A stretch of 64,000 bases of DNA from Octopus vulgaris (taxonomy: Eukaryota): the NCBI GenBank assembly GCA_951406725.2, contig OX597819.1, positions 53,568,001 to 53,632,000 of the forward strand. Reading direction: 5' to 3'. Of this stretch, positions 40,601-55,000 are shown piece after piece (the first letter of the stretch is position 1; each line of letters starts with the position of its first letter). The position numbers and the translations under genes were made by a program. The notes below the pieces were generated by a model, which saw only the letters and a list, made by a program, of their open reading frames with translations, was not told the DNA's origin and did not search any database.

Positions 40601-43600
40601 AAAGGACTCTGCTCAAGTTTCCTCTGTACGGCCTGAAGAGATACCTGATGTCCCAGCACCCAAATTTCTCTATCGAGGCAATCCTCAGTTGCAAGATAAA
40701 TCCAGGTTAGTATTTCCTTATCATCATTGTATTTACTTAAGAAGTTAGATGTCATTATATTCTGAGATCAAATCCTGTTAGGTCAGTTTTGCATTTCATC
40801 CCTCCTGATTTGATGAATTAGTCATGATCACATTCAATTCTCTTAAAAAATTCTGGCCTTTTCACTAATTTAAGAAATCATTATTTTAGTGTTTTATTAT
40901 ATTCGATAAGCATAAGGCTCTGAGCTGGCAGAATTGTTAACACATAGGACAAAATGGTTAGAGGTATTCCTTCTGGTTCTTTACCTTCTGAGTTCAAATC
41001 CCTCCAAAGTCAACTTTGTATTTAATCCTTTCAGGGTAAATAAAATAAAGTACCAGTCAAGTACTGGGGTCAAAGTAATTGACAAACTCTTTCATCTAAA
41101 ATTGCTGGCCTTGTTCTAGAATTAAAAAGAATTACAAGTGCTTCTACATCTGTTAGAAGTAGAAAGTGATCAGCTTTTATTTGGAAATAATGCAATTGTC
41201 ATCAACAGAATACTTATTTGAAATACGAAATTTTTCCTGTTTTCAAGTAAGATGTGGTCCTCTGATTCATTTAGGATTGGAGTAATTCCAAATATGATCT
41301 TAGAACATGAATACCTGCTCAACCCATGTCAGCATGGAAAGCAGATATAAGAGTGATGATGTTGGTGTAAGTGGTTGTGGTATTGATGATGATAATGATG
41401 AATGTACTTTATTTCAGGAATTCTCCAGTTCGTGGAGAAACACACAGGAAATATCCAGATTCCAACTACAAAGGCAGAGGCACAAAATATTCTAGCACAG
41501 GTCGAAAAATCAAGGGTCGTGGAAGTTTTGTAAGTTTATCCTTTGTCTTTCTTTTTGGTTTTTGTGATTTCACACAGCACCTGTTTCTAATTACTTCAAA
41601 ATTTTAATCACCTGAAGATAATCATCTATAATTGATAAATCATATCTTTTGACACATGTAAGATGATCATAGACTAGATATATTTTGGAACTTTGTTGAT
41701 CTGAAAGATAAATTTTGATCTTCATAATATTTCAAGCTCTCTTAGTGTCCATATAACAAGTTTTAACTTGGAAGTGACAAAATAGTTATGTGAAATGGAA
41801 AATTTCCTTTCAGATATTACAATGTCTAAATTATAATCAACAATTTGAAGTATATTTAAGAAAAAGATGCCTTTTAGTTTTGTTTGTGACCTGTGCTTAA
41901 AAATCATTGAGTATTTTGTAAAATTTGAAATAAAAACTGGAAGTCCCCAATACCAATGTAAACACTGGTTCCAGATTTTGTAGCACTTAATAGATAAGAG
42001 TCAGATTTCCTTATTTTGTACACTAACTATATGTTCACATGTAGATTTCTTGGAAACTTGGTTTACACATGTTTTGTAAGTAAAATGAAGAAAATAGGAT
42101 TGTCCTTTACTAGAATATTGAACCTAATCCATGTACTGGTAGCTCAATATGCTATTCAGTGATGTTTTAGAAAATAATGTATAATTTACAGAGATGTACT
42201 TGCATAGCAAGTGACCTGATCTGAGATTGTGTGCTGGAACAAAAATAGTTGCAGCATGGAACTGAATACTTTAATGAGATATTAGTGTGTTTTTACAAAT
42301 TTACATAATACTGACATGATGACTAGGGTTCCAGTTGATCTAATCAACGGAACAGCTTGATTGTGAAATTAGCATGCAATTGACTGAGCATAACACAGAC
42401 ACGTGTACTCTTAACCCTTTCGTTACCAACCCGGCTGAAACCGGCTCTGGCTCTGTAGTACAAATGTCTTGTTTTCATAAGTTTTGAATTAAAATCTTCC
42501 ACCAAACCTTAGTCACAATTTATGTTCCTAACACTAGCTTAATTATAACTATGTTATTTTACTAAATTCTTTGTTATATTTAAAGTAATTGAAAGAAACA
42601 CAGAGCATCTCAACAGAAATATGATAACAAAAGGGTTAAAGTAGTTCTCAGTGAAATTCAGTGTGCACAGAATGTGATAAGGCTGGCCCTTTGAATTACA
42701 GGTAGAACTACAACTCATTTTTGCCAGCTGAGTGAACTGGAGCAACGTGAAATAAAGCATCTTGCTCAAGAACATAACACACTGCTGGGAATCGAACTCA
42801 TGACCTTATGGTTGTTAGCCAAATACCCCAACCACTGAACCAAGTATCTTCATTCACAAATTTACATACACCCTCACTGAATATACCTTCAGTTAAGGAG
42901 TAAGAAAAGTTGTCTTGCTTAAATCAAATGATAGCGTTAGATTCCAAAGATAGGTAAGAAAATTCACCTGTTAATCATTCAACCACAGCTGGCCTTCATG
43001 CAGTCAGTTCACATGAATTAAGGAGTGAAAATATTGACTATTACTCACAAAAAATTTATATTGATATTAACTGTTTGCCAAAATGCAGTGACTGTAGATT
43101 TTGTGTTACTAGAATCAGTAGATTACATTGTTTTTTATTGCATTTTTTTTTTATCACGATATCTTTATTTTGATTTAATGTTATATTTTTTGTAGCGTTT
43201 CCGGTCTCGGAGTAGAGATGGTAGCATTACTCCGCCACATTGGCGTCGGGAACTAGATAGAATCCGCCAGGTAGATAATGGTGTGAAGACTGTTGCAGCT
43301 GCTAAAGAGAACCCTAACAGTTCTCGTTGGTTGAAAGGAGATAAATTGGATTCAACAGGAAAGGAAATTAGCAACTCCACCCGCTGGGTGAAGGGAGATA
43401 CACTTGAGTCAAACCGACAGAAAAATTCTGAGAATTCAAGCCGGAATCGTGAGAGCACTGACCACGATGGTTGGCGTGTTCATAGCGAGAGTAAGGACAG
43501 AGACAAGGAGGCTGATGACTGGAAGAAAGACAGTCGTCGAAGCAACAGCAGAGATCGTCGAAATCGGAAAAAAGAGCAGAGTAAAGAACAATCAAGTCGA

Positions 43601-46010
43601 GACAGAGACAGAGATAGACAGCGTGAGCGTGAATCTGATCGATCTAAGAGACAAAGTGTAGAGAAAGGCAGTGAGTCCAAGAGGAGTCGTTCACCATTGG
43701 AGAAAGAACGTACAAAAGATTCTCATTCTCATCGTGATGCTGCCCAGCTTGATTCATCCAAATCTAATAAGGTTGCTGAAGAGAGCAGGTTTGTACTTTT
43801 CTTATATTCTTGCAGATCTGGTTATAAATAAAAAAAAAATGTTGTCCATCCTTTTCTGGAAGAACCTAATTTAACATTTAATACAATTATCTTAATTCTT
43901 TAGTTTATCCTCATGTTGGCATGGCTGTGTGATTAAGAAGTTTGCTTCACAATTATAGGGTTTGGGGTTCAGTCTCATTGTCTTCTGCCATTGTTTCACA
44001 TTGACCAGAACCATGTGAGTAAAATTTGGTTGGCAGAAACTATGTAGAAGCCCTTTTGAAGGGCTGTTCTTGTTCTTGGACAGAAGACCTATTTTAACAC
44101 CACAATTGGTCCTTGGGTACCTTTAGTGGAGCCTGCTCTGTTGCAAGCAATCAAACTAGGTCTCTGTTCTGAGGATAACTCCTTCACTTCCTCTGACTAG
44201 TCTTGGAGGCCCTGAAAGTGTCACTGTACTACCCTTCCTCCTCTGAGTTACTCGTAAAAATATTTTAAAATGTTAGCATGGGAAAATGGATGGTGTACAA
44301 TCTAAAAATGTTTATAAAACATCTATTTTTAAGAAGATGGAATTACATTGCATGACTTAAGGTCTTTTTAGGTCTATAAAAAAAAATAGACATAGTGTTA
44401 ACTAACAATATTTACTTTTAAAGAATCAGTAATTATTTTCCAAATCTCTAAAGCCTTTTTGAATAGATAATTTTCATACAAATATATACATCAATACAGC
44501 ATTCTTAATTTTATGCACTGTTACATAAAACTTGATCATACCTGTATCGCTGTCAATACTGTTCAACAATACTGATTATTTAGTGTATTCTACTAATTAT
44601 TACTAAGCCAACTATTTAAACCGGCTATATCCGGCCAAAATATTCTATCTATTTTATGTTCAAACTGGCCAGATCTGGTTTCTCAATTCTACCCTATAAT
44701 GTCATTCTAAGAAATTAACTGTTGCCTCATCAAAATCTCAAAGTTACAAGATAATGCATGCTTAATTTAAAACAAAGTGAATAAATAAGCATTACTTGTG
44801 ACAGACTAATGTGAATGCTAAAGAGTTAATACAATTAAAATAATAAACTGATTATTTCATTGTTTATCTTCATCATTTTAATTTTTGTTTTTCCGTAGTT
44901 GCATTAGCTGGATTTTCTGATAGTTGCATTTGTTTTAGTGTTAAATTGCTTTCCTAATACCAACCATTTTAATACAGTAAAACTAAGGATATGCTACAAT
45001 GTCTGTGGTGGGGATTATACTGCCTTGGAAAAGGAAGGACATATTGGATGATTTAGTCCTGGATACACTATTCCTGAAAACCATGTTTAGATTGTCACAT
45101 CTGGAATGTCTTTAGGTCAGCATCATCAAGGCTGTACTGGGGCAACAACAATATTATTATTATCATCTGAATTTATAAGATAAGTAATTATCATTATTAT
45201 ACTCTGATATATTCAGACTAGTGTCTTATAGTTTTAAAGTTATGGTCATGTACACTCCAGCCTTTTTCCAGATGCCTGTTGTTATTTAATAACATACTCA
45301 GAATTTTTGGACCAAACCTATTGGTCAGTCGATTGGCTAGATTGTTCTCATTCATTGCCTGAGATACTCTTGTAGTAGTTGTTCTCTTATTTGTGATGCT
45401 ACTTATGTGTGCTGCTTAAACCAGAATATATATAGGTGCTGCTTTGGTATGTGATCTACAACTTCAAGGGTGATTACTTTTGTTAGTTTTTAGTTTCTTT
45501 ACGTTGCAAAGCTCATGGCTAGCAAACTTGTGTGATCTACATGCTTATTTTAATTGTTATATTGTTTATTCTTGGTTTCTTATTATTATTTACTAAGACA
45601 TAAATGAAATATAGTTTTATTACTATTAAAATAGTAAGAATTTTGAAAAAAATTCATTTATAATGTTAAGCATGTACAAAAGAATTTATTGTAAAAAATC
45701 TGTAGCCAACATGTTAAGTCTTTTTAGAAATTGAAAAGTAAACTAAAAAGTAACCTGAAGTAATTGCCCTTTAAGTTGTAGATCACATGCCAAAGTAGCG
45801 CACGTGCACACACACACACACACACACACACATGCACACACATATATGCACAGGCATGGTTTAGTAAGAAATTTGCTTCCCAACTACACGGTTCCGGGTT
45901 CAGTCCCACTGTGTGACACCTTGGGCAAGTGTCTTCCACTTTTGCCTCAGGCCAATCAAAGCTTTGTGAGTGGATTTCATAGACAAAAACTGAAAGAAGC
46001 CCATCATGTA

Positions 46011-46069
<59 letters not shown>

Positions 46070-49000
46070 GTGTGTGTGTGTCTCTTTGATCCCCACCCTC
46101 GCTTGACAACTGATGTTGGTGTGTTTTCGTTCCTGTACTTTGTGGTTCGGCAAAAGGGATTGATAGAATAAGTACCAGGCTTACAAAGAATAAATCCTGA
46201 AGTCGATTTCTTCGGCTAAAAGGCAGTGCTCCAGCATGGCCACTGTCAAATGATTGAAACAAATAAAAGAACATACACGCGCACAAGTGGTACTCATCAC
46301 CTTTGTAGGGGGTTACATATAATTTTATGGTTTAAAGTTTAGTGAGCACCGTCAAATTTGAAGTCATATGGAGTCGAGTTAAACTATAATTAAATTATAT
46401 ATAGTATTATATTTGAAGCTCAAGACTTCACAAACTTCAGAGTTTTATGTAACCACTCATCACACAGTCATGAGTAATGCTCACAACTGTCTGATATTGG
46501 TATAGAAAATTAATTGAACATATTGCTTGTGGAATAATGTGCTTCTAATGAATGGTAAATAAATAATCTCTTTGGAAATAATTTACTTGAAATTCATTGC
46601 CCTCATTAAAGATAGCTACATTTATTAAAAATAAAATTAAGGTCGATGATTTTAAAAAATTTCTTTAACAAATTCTCATGCTTGATTGATTTTTTTTTTC
46701 TCTTTCAGAGACAACCATAAAGATGATGCTAAAAAGCATAAGGAGAAAAAGTTAGTGCCTGTTTAACTCTTTAGTGTTCAGATTAATCTCTCAAATGTAA
46801 TGCTTATTTGTTCACATTGTTTTGAATTATTGAGGTTCAAGAGGGGTGTCCACACTATTTTCTTGTGACTTTAATTTCTTATATACAGATTTGAAATTTT
46901 GTCAGTGGGTGCTATTAGCACCCACTGACAAAATTGGATTATAGTTATGTAATTTCAGCTGATCTTGCTGATTAAATTTGACTTTTTGGGGCAGGTAAAT
47001 TTAAATAACAGGTGTAAAAGCAATTATGGATAAACATTAAAATTGAATTTCTTAATGCTTCTAACTTAACCTGTTTGATTTGTTAATAAAATTATCCCTG
47101 ATGTCAACTGTCAACGATTTTGTCACTTTTCAAGATGAGGGACATTCATTTGAATTAATTAAAATACAGGTATAATTGGTACAAAATTTTATTCCTTCTC
47201 TATATTTCATTCCAACATTTTCATAGAAAATAAAATACAAAACTCTTTTACTAGTCAATATACCATTGGCTATGTACTCTCATACAATTTAATGAATACA
47301 TTTACATAACAGAATGCATCTAATAAAAAAAGCTCATTAACAGGTGAGACAAAAGTGAATACAGGTGTATAAGATACTGAAAATTAATATGTATTTCTCA
47401 CTTTCATATATTATTTGTAATAAAATGAAAGGAATATATGATAGTATTACTATGAAACAACAAAGTATAGTTACACCATATTTCTGCCGTGAAACTGTCC
47501 AAAGCACCCTTTACGCAAGGACACTTTGCAAAACAAACACATATACGAGGTCTTGACCTGATATCCTTTTACATTTTTTTTTTTTACGGCAAACTTATTT
47601 CCTTCTATTTATTTTTTCCACTTTATGGAAGTCAATATTTTCTCTGTTGGCATCCACCTCAGTTAATTTTGCTTCTCTCGAAGTTCTGTGCTTTCTGGAA
47701 TAAAAGCGCTCATGTAACTGAGATGCATTGTCAACCTGAAATTTCAAATGGTCATTGTCCTTTGGTGGTGGAGATACCTTGTGTTTTTTTACATAAACAA
47801 TACATGAATTAACTATAGTCAGACATAATGCTAGAGATATATGGATCACCATACCTTATATCCAGTAGTTCCACAGTCGAGGAAGCTGCTTGATATCAAA
47901 CATAATGTTTATGGTAAAAAAAGCTCATATTTCCACAGAATCAGTTGGCTGCCATAGTGGATGAAGTCTTCCACGAATAGAAATTATGTGTTGAGCATAT
48001 TTGTTTCATCCACGACAGTTTCAAAAAAACTTTTTGGTAGAAATAAAGGTGAAGGTAAAGAATACGCACACCTGGGGTTTAGGGGTTAGGGTTACGCTGG
48101 ACACAAGTGGTATGTGTATTCTTTTATCTCTACCATAATAAAAATAGTCCTATGGTTAAGCTTCAGGAGGTAGACTGTGTTGTGGACTAGTCTTTTCTGT
48201 GAAATCAGGAATTGTGGTTGATGTAGCAATCTTCAATCATGTTGCATTAATGTTTTCAATATCGTTTTCATCACTTTCATTATTGAAATCTTCCTCGTCC
48301 AACGAAGATTCATAAATATCAATATGATTTGTCTAAAGACAAATCACTGTGGTTTTCATGTATATTTTGTACATCATCAAGAGGAAAGCCTTTGAAGTCG
48401 GAATTGCTACTTGCTGATGCCATCTCGTTAAAAAGTAAGATATATACTTCTCTTCAAATGATGAAAAAACCAAAATGTCACAAAAATTTCACAGTATTTT
48501 TACTTGAATAAAGGCAGGAAAGGCTTTATCTCACATTATCTCAAAGCTACGAGAATTCAGTGATGTGATTTGTATATATTTTTAGTGATTTCATAGAGGA
48601 ATCAGATACAGCTGGATTTGGCCAGTTCAAACAAATAAAGGGGGAAATTTTCAGCTGGTTTTGGCCAGTCTAAACACTAAAGGGTTAAACATTAATATAT
48701 TGTCTAATTATGCAGTTACCTACCATGAATAAAAAAAATACTACACTTATCAGAACAGACTGTACCATTCATTGTATCTTTTTTTAAAAGCAATAAATAT
48801 TTCTTAGAAGTCTCAATTTTGTCTAATCTAAAAACTTTGGGCTACTTTTAAATACCTATAACATTTTAATGAAGTGTTTGATTGATATTTACTACAATAC
48901 GTCATAGTAATTTTTGACCTTCAAATTAATGGCCATGTTCTAATAAGGTCTTAGTTATATCTAAAACAAACCAAGGAATCACAAATAGTGAAATAATTAT

Positions 49001-52000
49001 TAAAATATCACGATAACACTATTTATTACTAATCCAAAATAACAGGACAAATGAGAATATAAAAATTCAAGAAACATGTAAATATATTATTGATCATTAT
49101 CATGAATAAGGTAAATACATTATTGATCATCATCATGAATAAGGATATGTGTACATTTTTCTTGAGTTTTTATATATGCCTAAATAAACCATAATTCTGG
49201 AAATAGCTTTAATTTAGTTAAATAACAATTAAATAATTTGAAATACTTGAGTATATTTAAAATATTTTGGTAAATTGATTGGTTATGGTGCAGGTGTAGC
49301 TGTGTGGTAGGAAATTGCTTCTCAAGCACAAGGTTCAGTTGCCTTGCTGCTTGGTACCTTGGGCAAGTACCTCAGGCTGACCAAAGGATTGTGAGAGGAT
49401 TTGTTAGACAGAAACTGAAAGAAGCCTGTCGTGTGTATATATGTATTTGTGTCTTTACTTGGTCCCCACCACAACTTGGCAACTGGTATTGGTTTGTTTA
49501 CATCCCCATAACTTAACAGTTTGACATAACAGACTGATATAAGAAGTACTGGGGTTGATTCATTCAGCTAAAATTTTTCAAGTTGGTGCCCCCAGCATGG
49601 CTGCAGTCTAATGACTGAAACAAGTAAAAGATAAACAAATAAATATACTGTTATATTTCAGGGGGTTTTTTTCCCCCAAAATAAACACGTAATTTGAGGC
49701 AGCCATAATTAATTTTACAAATCTTTAATCACTGTCATTAGGAAACTATAAAAAACAAAAAAAAACAGGTGAATATTAAATGGTACACAATAGGGAAATT
49801 AAGACAGTTTATCATTACTCATTGCCATTGTTTTCAATCTCTGCTTTTTCCATTCTTGTATGGGTTGCATAGGACTTATTGATGAAGTTTTTCTATGACT
49901 TGGTGCCCTTTCTGTTGCCATCCCTTGTTTCCAAGTATGATTCTCCTATTCCTCTGGTCATTTCAACATTAACCTGTTCAACAGCTTGGCATTTTTTGCA
50001 GCAGATGTAAACAACGATATCACATGGGGTGATGCTGTTTTTGCTCACACATAATGTCAAGACGCAAATAGAAAAGCACACCCTCTGTCTTGTGCATGTG
50101 TGCACACACATTTATATGCAGCCAGCTTCCATACAATTTCTGACTACCAGTTTCACTGAAGGTATTGATCAACCTGAGGCTATCACAGAAAACACTTTAC
50201 TTGGTGGTCACACAATGGAAGTGAACCAGAAACCCAATGGTTGCAAAGCAAACTTCTTAACCACACAGCCAATGTTGGTTTATATCATATTAATTCCTTG
50301 TTTCATCACAAATATTTTTCCTAATACATTCTAAAAAAAACTAACTTTGCCTGAGTTGGCTTTTGTGAAAATAATAAAAACAGTGGAGTCATCGTTATCA
50401 GCATTATTATCAGTGAATTTCAAAAATGATTGCCACATTCATTGTTTCCATCATCATCATCACCACCATCATCATCATTACCACCATTCCTCATCATCAT
50501 CACTGTCAATAATAATCATAAGGTTTAATTATCAAAATGATTTTGTTTTTGTTGCAAATAATTTATCATTATTTTTTTATTTTTAGGCACAAGAAGCATA
50601 AGAAGCACAAAAGGGGAGGGAAGTCTCCGAAGGATCGAGAATCTCGTTCCAAATCACGCAGCCGGAAAAATGCTTCGGATTCTGATGTAGAAGTTCAGAG
50701 TGCAAAGACAAAGGGAGAAGAGAATCATGAAACAAAAGCCAGCAAAGATGATGGAGAAAGTAGTGGAAAGAGGAGTAAACCATCAAAGCAGCGAAGTCAT
50801 GGACAAAAGACGGAAGAGAATAAATCAAGACACAGCAGCTGGTCATCTCAGCAAGTGGGTCCAGATCACACTGACAAACACAACAGCCGATATCGGCGTT
50901 CTACTCGTAGAAACAGTAGATCTTCTTCAAAGTCCTCACACAATGATTCAAGGCATCAGAACAAAAGCAGAAGACGCAGTCGTTCGCATTCCAAATCACA
51001 TGTTGCCAGAGACCGACGGTCATGGTCGAAATCAGCACAGCCATCTCGATCACATAAATCCCATTCAGCTGATCGGAGTCGTAAGAATCGGTCCACTTCA
51101 AAGTCAAGGCCAAGATCTAACTCTCCTGAACACTACAAGAGGAATAGAACAACACGGCGTTCTCAGCGGCAGCATTCTTCTTCGTCCTCTTCTTCATCTC
51201 CATCACATCATAGAAACAGGAGTTCATCTCGTCACCAACACAGGTAAAACGTTTTTGAAACATTTAGGCTGTGTTTAGGAATCAAACAATTGTATATGGG
51301 ACTGGGGAACTAAAGGAAAAAAGATCTTAAAATAGTTTATTTATGTAAACACAATTTTTGTCCTTGAGTAGAAATTGTTATTTCCTATTTGCTTACCCCT
51401 AAAAAGTACAAAAAATGACTAATATTTCCTTCAAATTTTCCTTTTGTTACATTTACCCAAGCCCAAAGAAGCCCTCTCCCCAACTACTGCTCATGATCAG
51501 AGATGCACATATTGTCAGCCACTAAGGGACATGCTCATGTGGTTGAGCCCAAGCAAGTGACGAGCAAATCTGTGGTATTGAGCAGAATATTTGCTATAAC
51601 AATATTTCTACTTCAGCAACTCAGTGCTGAAGCTGTCTGAAATGTAATGGAAAATAGTTCAGTTTCAAAACATTGATGTCCAGGTCACAAAAGCACATTT
51701 TGAAGGGAATAGTAGTCGTTTCTTTTTGATTTCAATATAGGAGCAAATAGGAAATAACACTAATCTAAGACAATGCCAATGCCAGCGCCGCCTTGACTGC
51801 TTTCCATTCCGGCGGCACATAAAAAGCACCAACCGATTGTGGCCATTGCCAGCCTCCTCTGGTCCCTGTGCCGATGGCACATGAAAAGCACCCACTACAC
51901 TTACGGAGTGGTTGGCGTTAGGGAGGGCATCTAGCTGTAGAAACACTGCCAGATCAGACTGGAGCCTGGTGCAGCCTCCTGGCTTCCCAGACCCCAGTCG

Positions 52001-55000
52001 AACCGTCCGATGATGATGATGAATGAAAAAAAATAAAAGTTTTGTTACACGGTTTTTTATCAATAAGGTATAGTCTTTATAAAGTAAGGGTTGTTTATTT
52101 TACTGAAGGTTTTGTAGTTAACGTTTTATTGCAAGATCTTGATAGTTTCTGCTAAACTGTTATTTTGTCTTTTATTTGTTTCTGTCTCTGGACTGTGGCC
52201 ACATTGGGAGACTGCTTTCAAGAGTGTAGTTGAACAAATTGACCTCAGTACGTTTTTTTTTGCCAGACCACTAACTTACAAGGATATTAACAAAGCAAAA
52301 CCAGTTGTCAAACAGTGGTGGGGGATAAACACAAGGATGCATACATATATACACATATACAGCTGGCTTCTTTCAGTTTCTGTCTACTAAATCCACTCAC
52401 ATGGTTTTGGTCAGCCTGGGAATTGAATAGAAGACACTTGCTCAAGGTGCCATGCAATGGGACTGGACTTGAAAACCATGTGGTTGTGAAGCAAACTTCT
52501 TACCCCATAAGTTAGCTTATCTAAAAAGATAGAATCCAGTCGTCTTATTTGCTTGCCTTACTAAAATTCCCTCAGGATATAAAAAGAATGTGAGAAAGAC
52601 CCTTTAGTCAGTTCTCAGCTTGAATCTGAGGTGTTGAAATAGTACGTTCTTAACAAGTAGAAAAAGTAAAAACGTTGTCTACAATGCTGAGTGTATGAAT
52701 CACAAGCAGATAGGTTTATACTCAATAGGCCTGATGTTCTCAAACATGCAGACCAAGGGCTTATTTTGAACAAAACATTATTCCATTATCATTCTTCATT
52801 GCCATCACTATCCATACCACATAAGTCTTCTCATTTACAGTTTCATTTTCATTATTTTTATTAGCTTTCTTGGGTTCTATTCAATAGACAGTAACCAGAT
52901 CAGAGTTTTAACCTTCATTTTGATGCATTTTGCTTCTAAACTTTTCCCTGGCAATACAAACTGGTATTACTATGCTGTGACTGGCTTTGCCCACTATTTC
53001 TTTTTTATATTAATTAATTGATTATGATTTGTTGGAGCAGTTGATTTTATAGTTGGATACGTGTCCTGTTGCTAACCGCTCAAGTGTAAAAACACGAGTT
53101 CGAACCAGTTTCTAACTGCAACAACCAGAGAGGTGTAGCTGCTCAGTTTCACTATGTAATAACTGTAGTAATATTTGATAAATCATTATTGGATTATTAC
53201 ATCTCTCTGGTTTTATGAATTCAAGCATTGCGACATTGAGTGAATATTGAACATTTGAGCAATGTATACTACGTATTACAGTTTCTGTGTTGCTTTAATA
53301 TGGAAATCTAGTCATGGAAATCATATTCAATTAATTTTTAGATTTGTTTTAATTTTTCCATGTGCTAAGATGAACAATTTTATGTTAATTGATTTCTTTC
53401 GGAGAAAGGTAGTTTTGGAAGCCATTCTGGTGAATTATGGATTAGTGGTCTCCAACTAATAGGCTTAAGAAATGATCCCTTTGTTGACTGTCTTATATTC
53501 TGGTTTTCCAGGAGTGTTAACTAAGAGATTTCTGTTCTTGTCCAGGGAAAAGTTTATTTCTTCATTTTAATATAAGTCCATGACTTAGAATTCACCCTTA
53601 TCAATCGAAAGGTACTCATTTTCAAGTTGAACTGAGCCATTGAAAAATAAAACTCCTAAACCTCAGTGAAGTGCTGATGATGAAATACAAACAGTTAATC
53701 CTTTGCTTTGTTGGTCAACACCCCATCAACTTAACTAACTGCAACTTTCATCATGCATTTGTAAAAATATTTTCTTTTTTTCTAAAGTCGCAGATATTCA
53801 CATTCAAGTTCTGGTGGACATCACAGTCCACCAAGAAGGCGATCTAATGTGGCTGAAAAGCGGCAGAAACTTTTTTCCCGAGATGCACTTCAACACCAGT
53901 TACTTACATTTCAAAGGTAAATTATTACATTGATATATTCAGTTTAAAGTTTTAAGGTTCTGTTTTATTCTATATTTTTCTTTGCTTTATTTATACTTGG
54001 GTAAACACTAATTTCTGTTTTATAGCTCACTACAGGCTCCATACTTGGGATGATGGGCTAAGAATAATTGTAATTAAGGAAAAGGAAAATACATTGTTAG
54101 AGTTGGGCAAGAGAAGAAACTTTCAAAAGTTTATATGAACCAAAAATAAACCTTTTATGGAAATAAGCAAAGTGACAATTGAACATTTTGGTTTCGTTGT
54201 CCACAGTGAAGGGTAGATCACTCAATTATTGCCAGGAGCTTAGAACTATTAATAGGAATAGAACTGTATATGAAGAACATTAATTTGTTGATCAAATCAA
54301 AATAACAGTGGTATAGTAGCAGCAGCATGGGGGCATGTGCTGTCACAGTGTGTTGCTGCATCCACCGTTTGTTGGTGATTTTCCCCCCCTTTCCTGGCAG
54401 ATGAAGCTTTTGCACCACTCAGGCAACAACCCTCCAACCTATGGGTCTGTTTGGGTAGTCATTGCTGGTAAGAGTTTATGAGGTTGAAGTACAAATCCTA
54501 CCTCAACCTCTTAGCTGCCCTTTATGACATGCAGAGTAAATATTGGGTCTATTCTTTGGCATGCCAATCCCCACATAGTAGAAATTGAAATAATGTTCCT
54601 CAAAAATTTACTCTTATATTTCAAGCTTAATATATTATAAGAGGGCTGTAGTTAGAATAACCCCAATGAATTTTAATTTCATGGATTAGAGTATAAATGA
54701 GTTGAACGGAACAGGCATTTTTCATAAGCGGATCTAAACAGCTGGACTCTTGAAAATCTGTGAGACCTAGTCATGAATCTCATATTTCTGTTGCTCCTGG
54801 AATTTGGACTTGGAACCTTGCTGGTGTCATATAAAAAGCACCCAGACCACAGTGGTTTTTCTTAAGTACTGTGTAATACATGAATGGACCTGTAAATGTT
54901 AAGTGTATTTCCTATATATAATGGATACTGAACATGACACCATGTGGTTGGGGAGTGAATTTCTTAACCACTCAGCCATCCCTGTGTCTTGATAATAATT

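Noticed and set aside
43268-43276. Internal donor cag|gtagat ending exon 11 early
   Set aside because: The frame stays open through conserved RWxKGD motifs and this donor's phase does not fit exons 12/13.
47471-48423. Domesticated PGBD gene
   Set aside because: Stops, frameshifts, deleted catalytic core and retained TIRs/TSD.
50700-51278. 192-aa overlapping ORF in an alternative frame of exon 13
   Set aside because: Expected by-product of low-complexity RS codons; no recognisable motif or splice support.
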